From an uncultured bacterium (lineage in GTDB: Bacteria > Verrucomicrobiota > Verrucomicrobiia > Limisphaerales > UBA8199): a DNA stretch of 64,000 nt. The notes under the pieces were generated by a model. That model was not told where the DNA came from, did no database searches, and was given only the letters and a program-made list of their open reading frames with translations. Positions 63,307 through 64,000 of this stretch are shown one piece after another (within the stretch, counting starts at the first letter, position 1; each line of letters begins with the position of its first letter). A program made the translations under genes and the position numbers. The DNA lies in the NCBI GenBank assembly GCA_963749495.1, contig CAVVMW010000027.1:39421-103420 (forward strand), written 5' to 3'.

Positions 63307-64000
63307 TCAGGTGTTATTGAGCAGAGGACGACCGACCAGGTCGATGGCCAAGCGGCGATCGTTCGTGGCGGCACAGCGAAAGCGTGGCAGATAGGAGGTG
63401 GCTTTGTGCTGGCGGGCAGCATCCAGGGCACAGAGGCCGATGACCAGGTTGCGCAAGGCTCCCAGGTTTTGCGGGCCGTGGCCGGTGCGGACGGTGCAAG
63501 CATCTTCGCCGAAAGTGACATCGCGCACGTAGTGGACCGACTCGATGCTCCAATGGCCACGGCGAAAGGCCTGCAATTGCGCCGCATCCATCTGCGCATT
63601 GGGGCGGCTGCTCAAGACCAGTTCGGCCTCTTCGGTAACGCGAACGGCTTTGAGATGGTGAGTAGTGCGCACGATGACGGCGGCTTGGAGGGCGTGTGGG
63701 AAGCCGCACTGTTGGGGTGTGACTTCAAAGGGCCAGACCTCGCGGGTTTCATGCCGTCCATGGCCTTGGTCAATCGTGATGTGCTCAGGGGGAAAAAACG
63801 CCTTTCGGCGCGTGAGACAGGCGGGCCAGTTTGTCGAAGAGCTTGGGTTGATTGGCTTTGACGACCAGGAGGTAGTCGGCCTTTTTTTCCTCGACCACAT
63901 GGTCGGCGGTGGCGGTCTGAGTATTGAGCGCGTCGGCGCTGACCAAGGTGCCGCGCAGGTCCAAGTCCCGGAGCAGGTCCTTGAGGGTGGGTATTTCGGG
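63307..64000 (-). mobile_element. ISAs1-family transposase (partial), two frames joined at a T6C5 run
   Basis: EIP..., ADALNTQ, ADYLLVVKANQ in frame A ending TGA 63785; GHGR.E.R, RGHWSIES.HYVRDVTFGED, LRNL in frame B. Confidence 0.92.

Overview
GC-rich bacterial DNA, most likely Verrucomicrobiota (Pedosphaerales/Limisphaerales-like). This is inferred from a verrucomicrobial-type C-terminal sorting segment on a secreted protein, a TCATTCG heptamer repeat and a gene repertoire of DUF1080, Tat-exported Gfo/Idh/MocA, PQQ-like propeller and many orphan glycosidases. Contents in order: a GH5-like hydrolase; two paralogous secreted Spy/CpxP-like + Gly/Pro-linker + beta-helix proteins (one also carrying a sialate O-acetylesterase domain) divergent from an OmpR-type two-component system; a collapsed RND efflux/regulator locus; a glycogen/Hsp20 module with small Cys-motif proteins; about 38 kb of almost entirely minus-strand glycan-degradation genes ending in a largely intact, translationally coupled rare-sugar operon (ABC + MFS transporters, isomerase, epimerases, two GH140-like apiosidases); a lower-GC islet with a nonsense-disrupted AbiGi gene; and an ISAs1-family transposase with a slippery-site frameshift. 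The dominant signal is pervasive gene erosion: roughly 15-20 apparent deletion junctions fusing halves of different genes (several with readable 6-9 nt microhomologies), three in-frame stops and about seven single-base frameshifts. Whether this is real genome decay or partly a sequencing/assembly artefact cannot be settled from the sequence alone. No rRNA, tRNA or CRISPR array was seen. All family calls come from motif recognition, not database searches.
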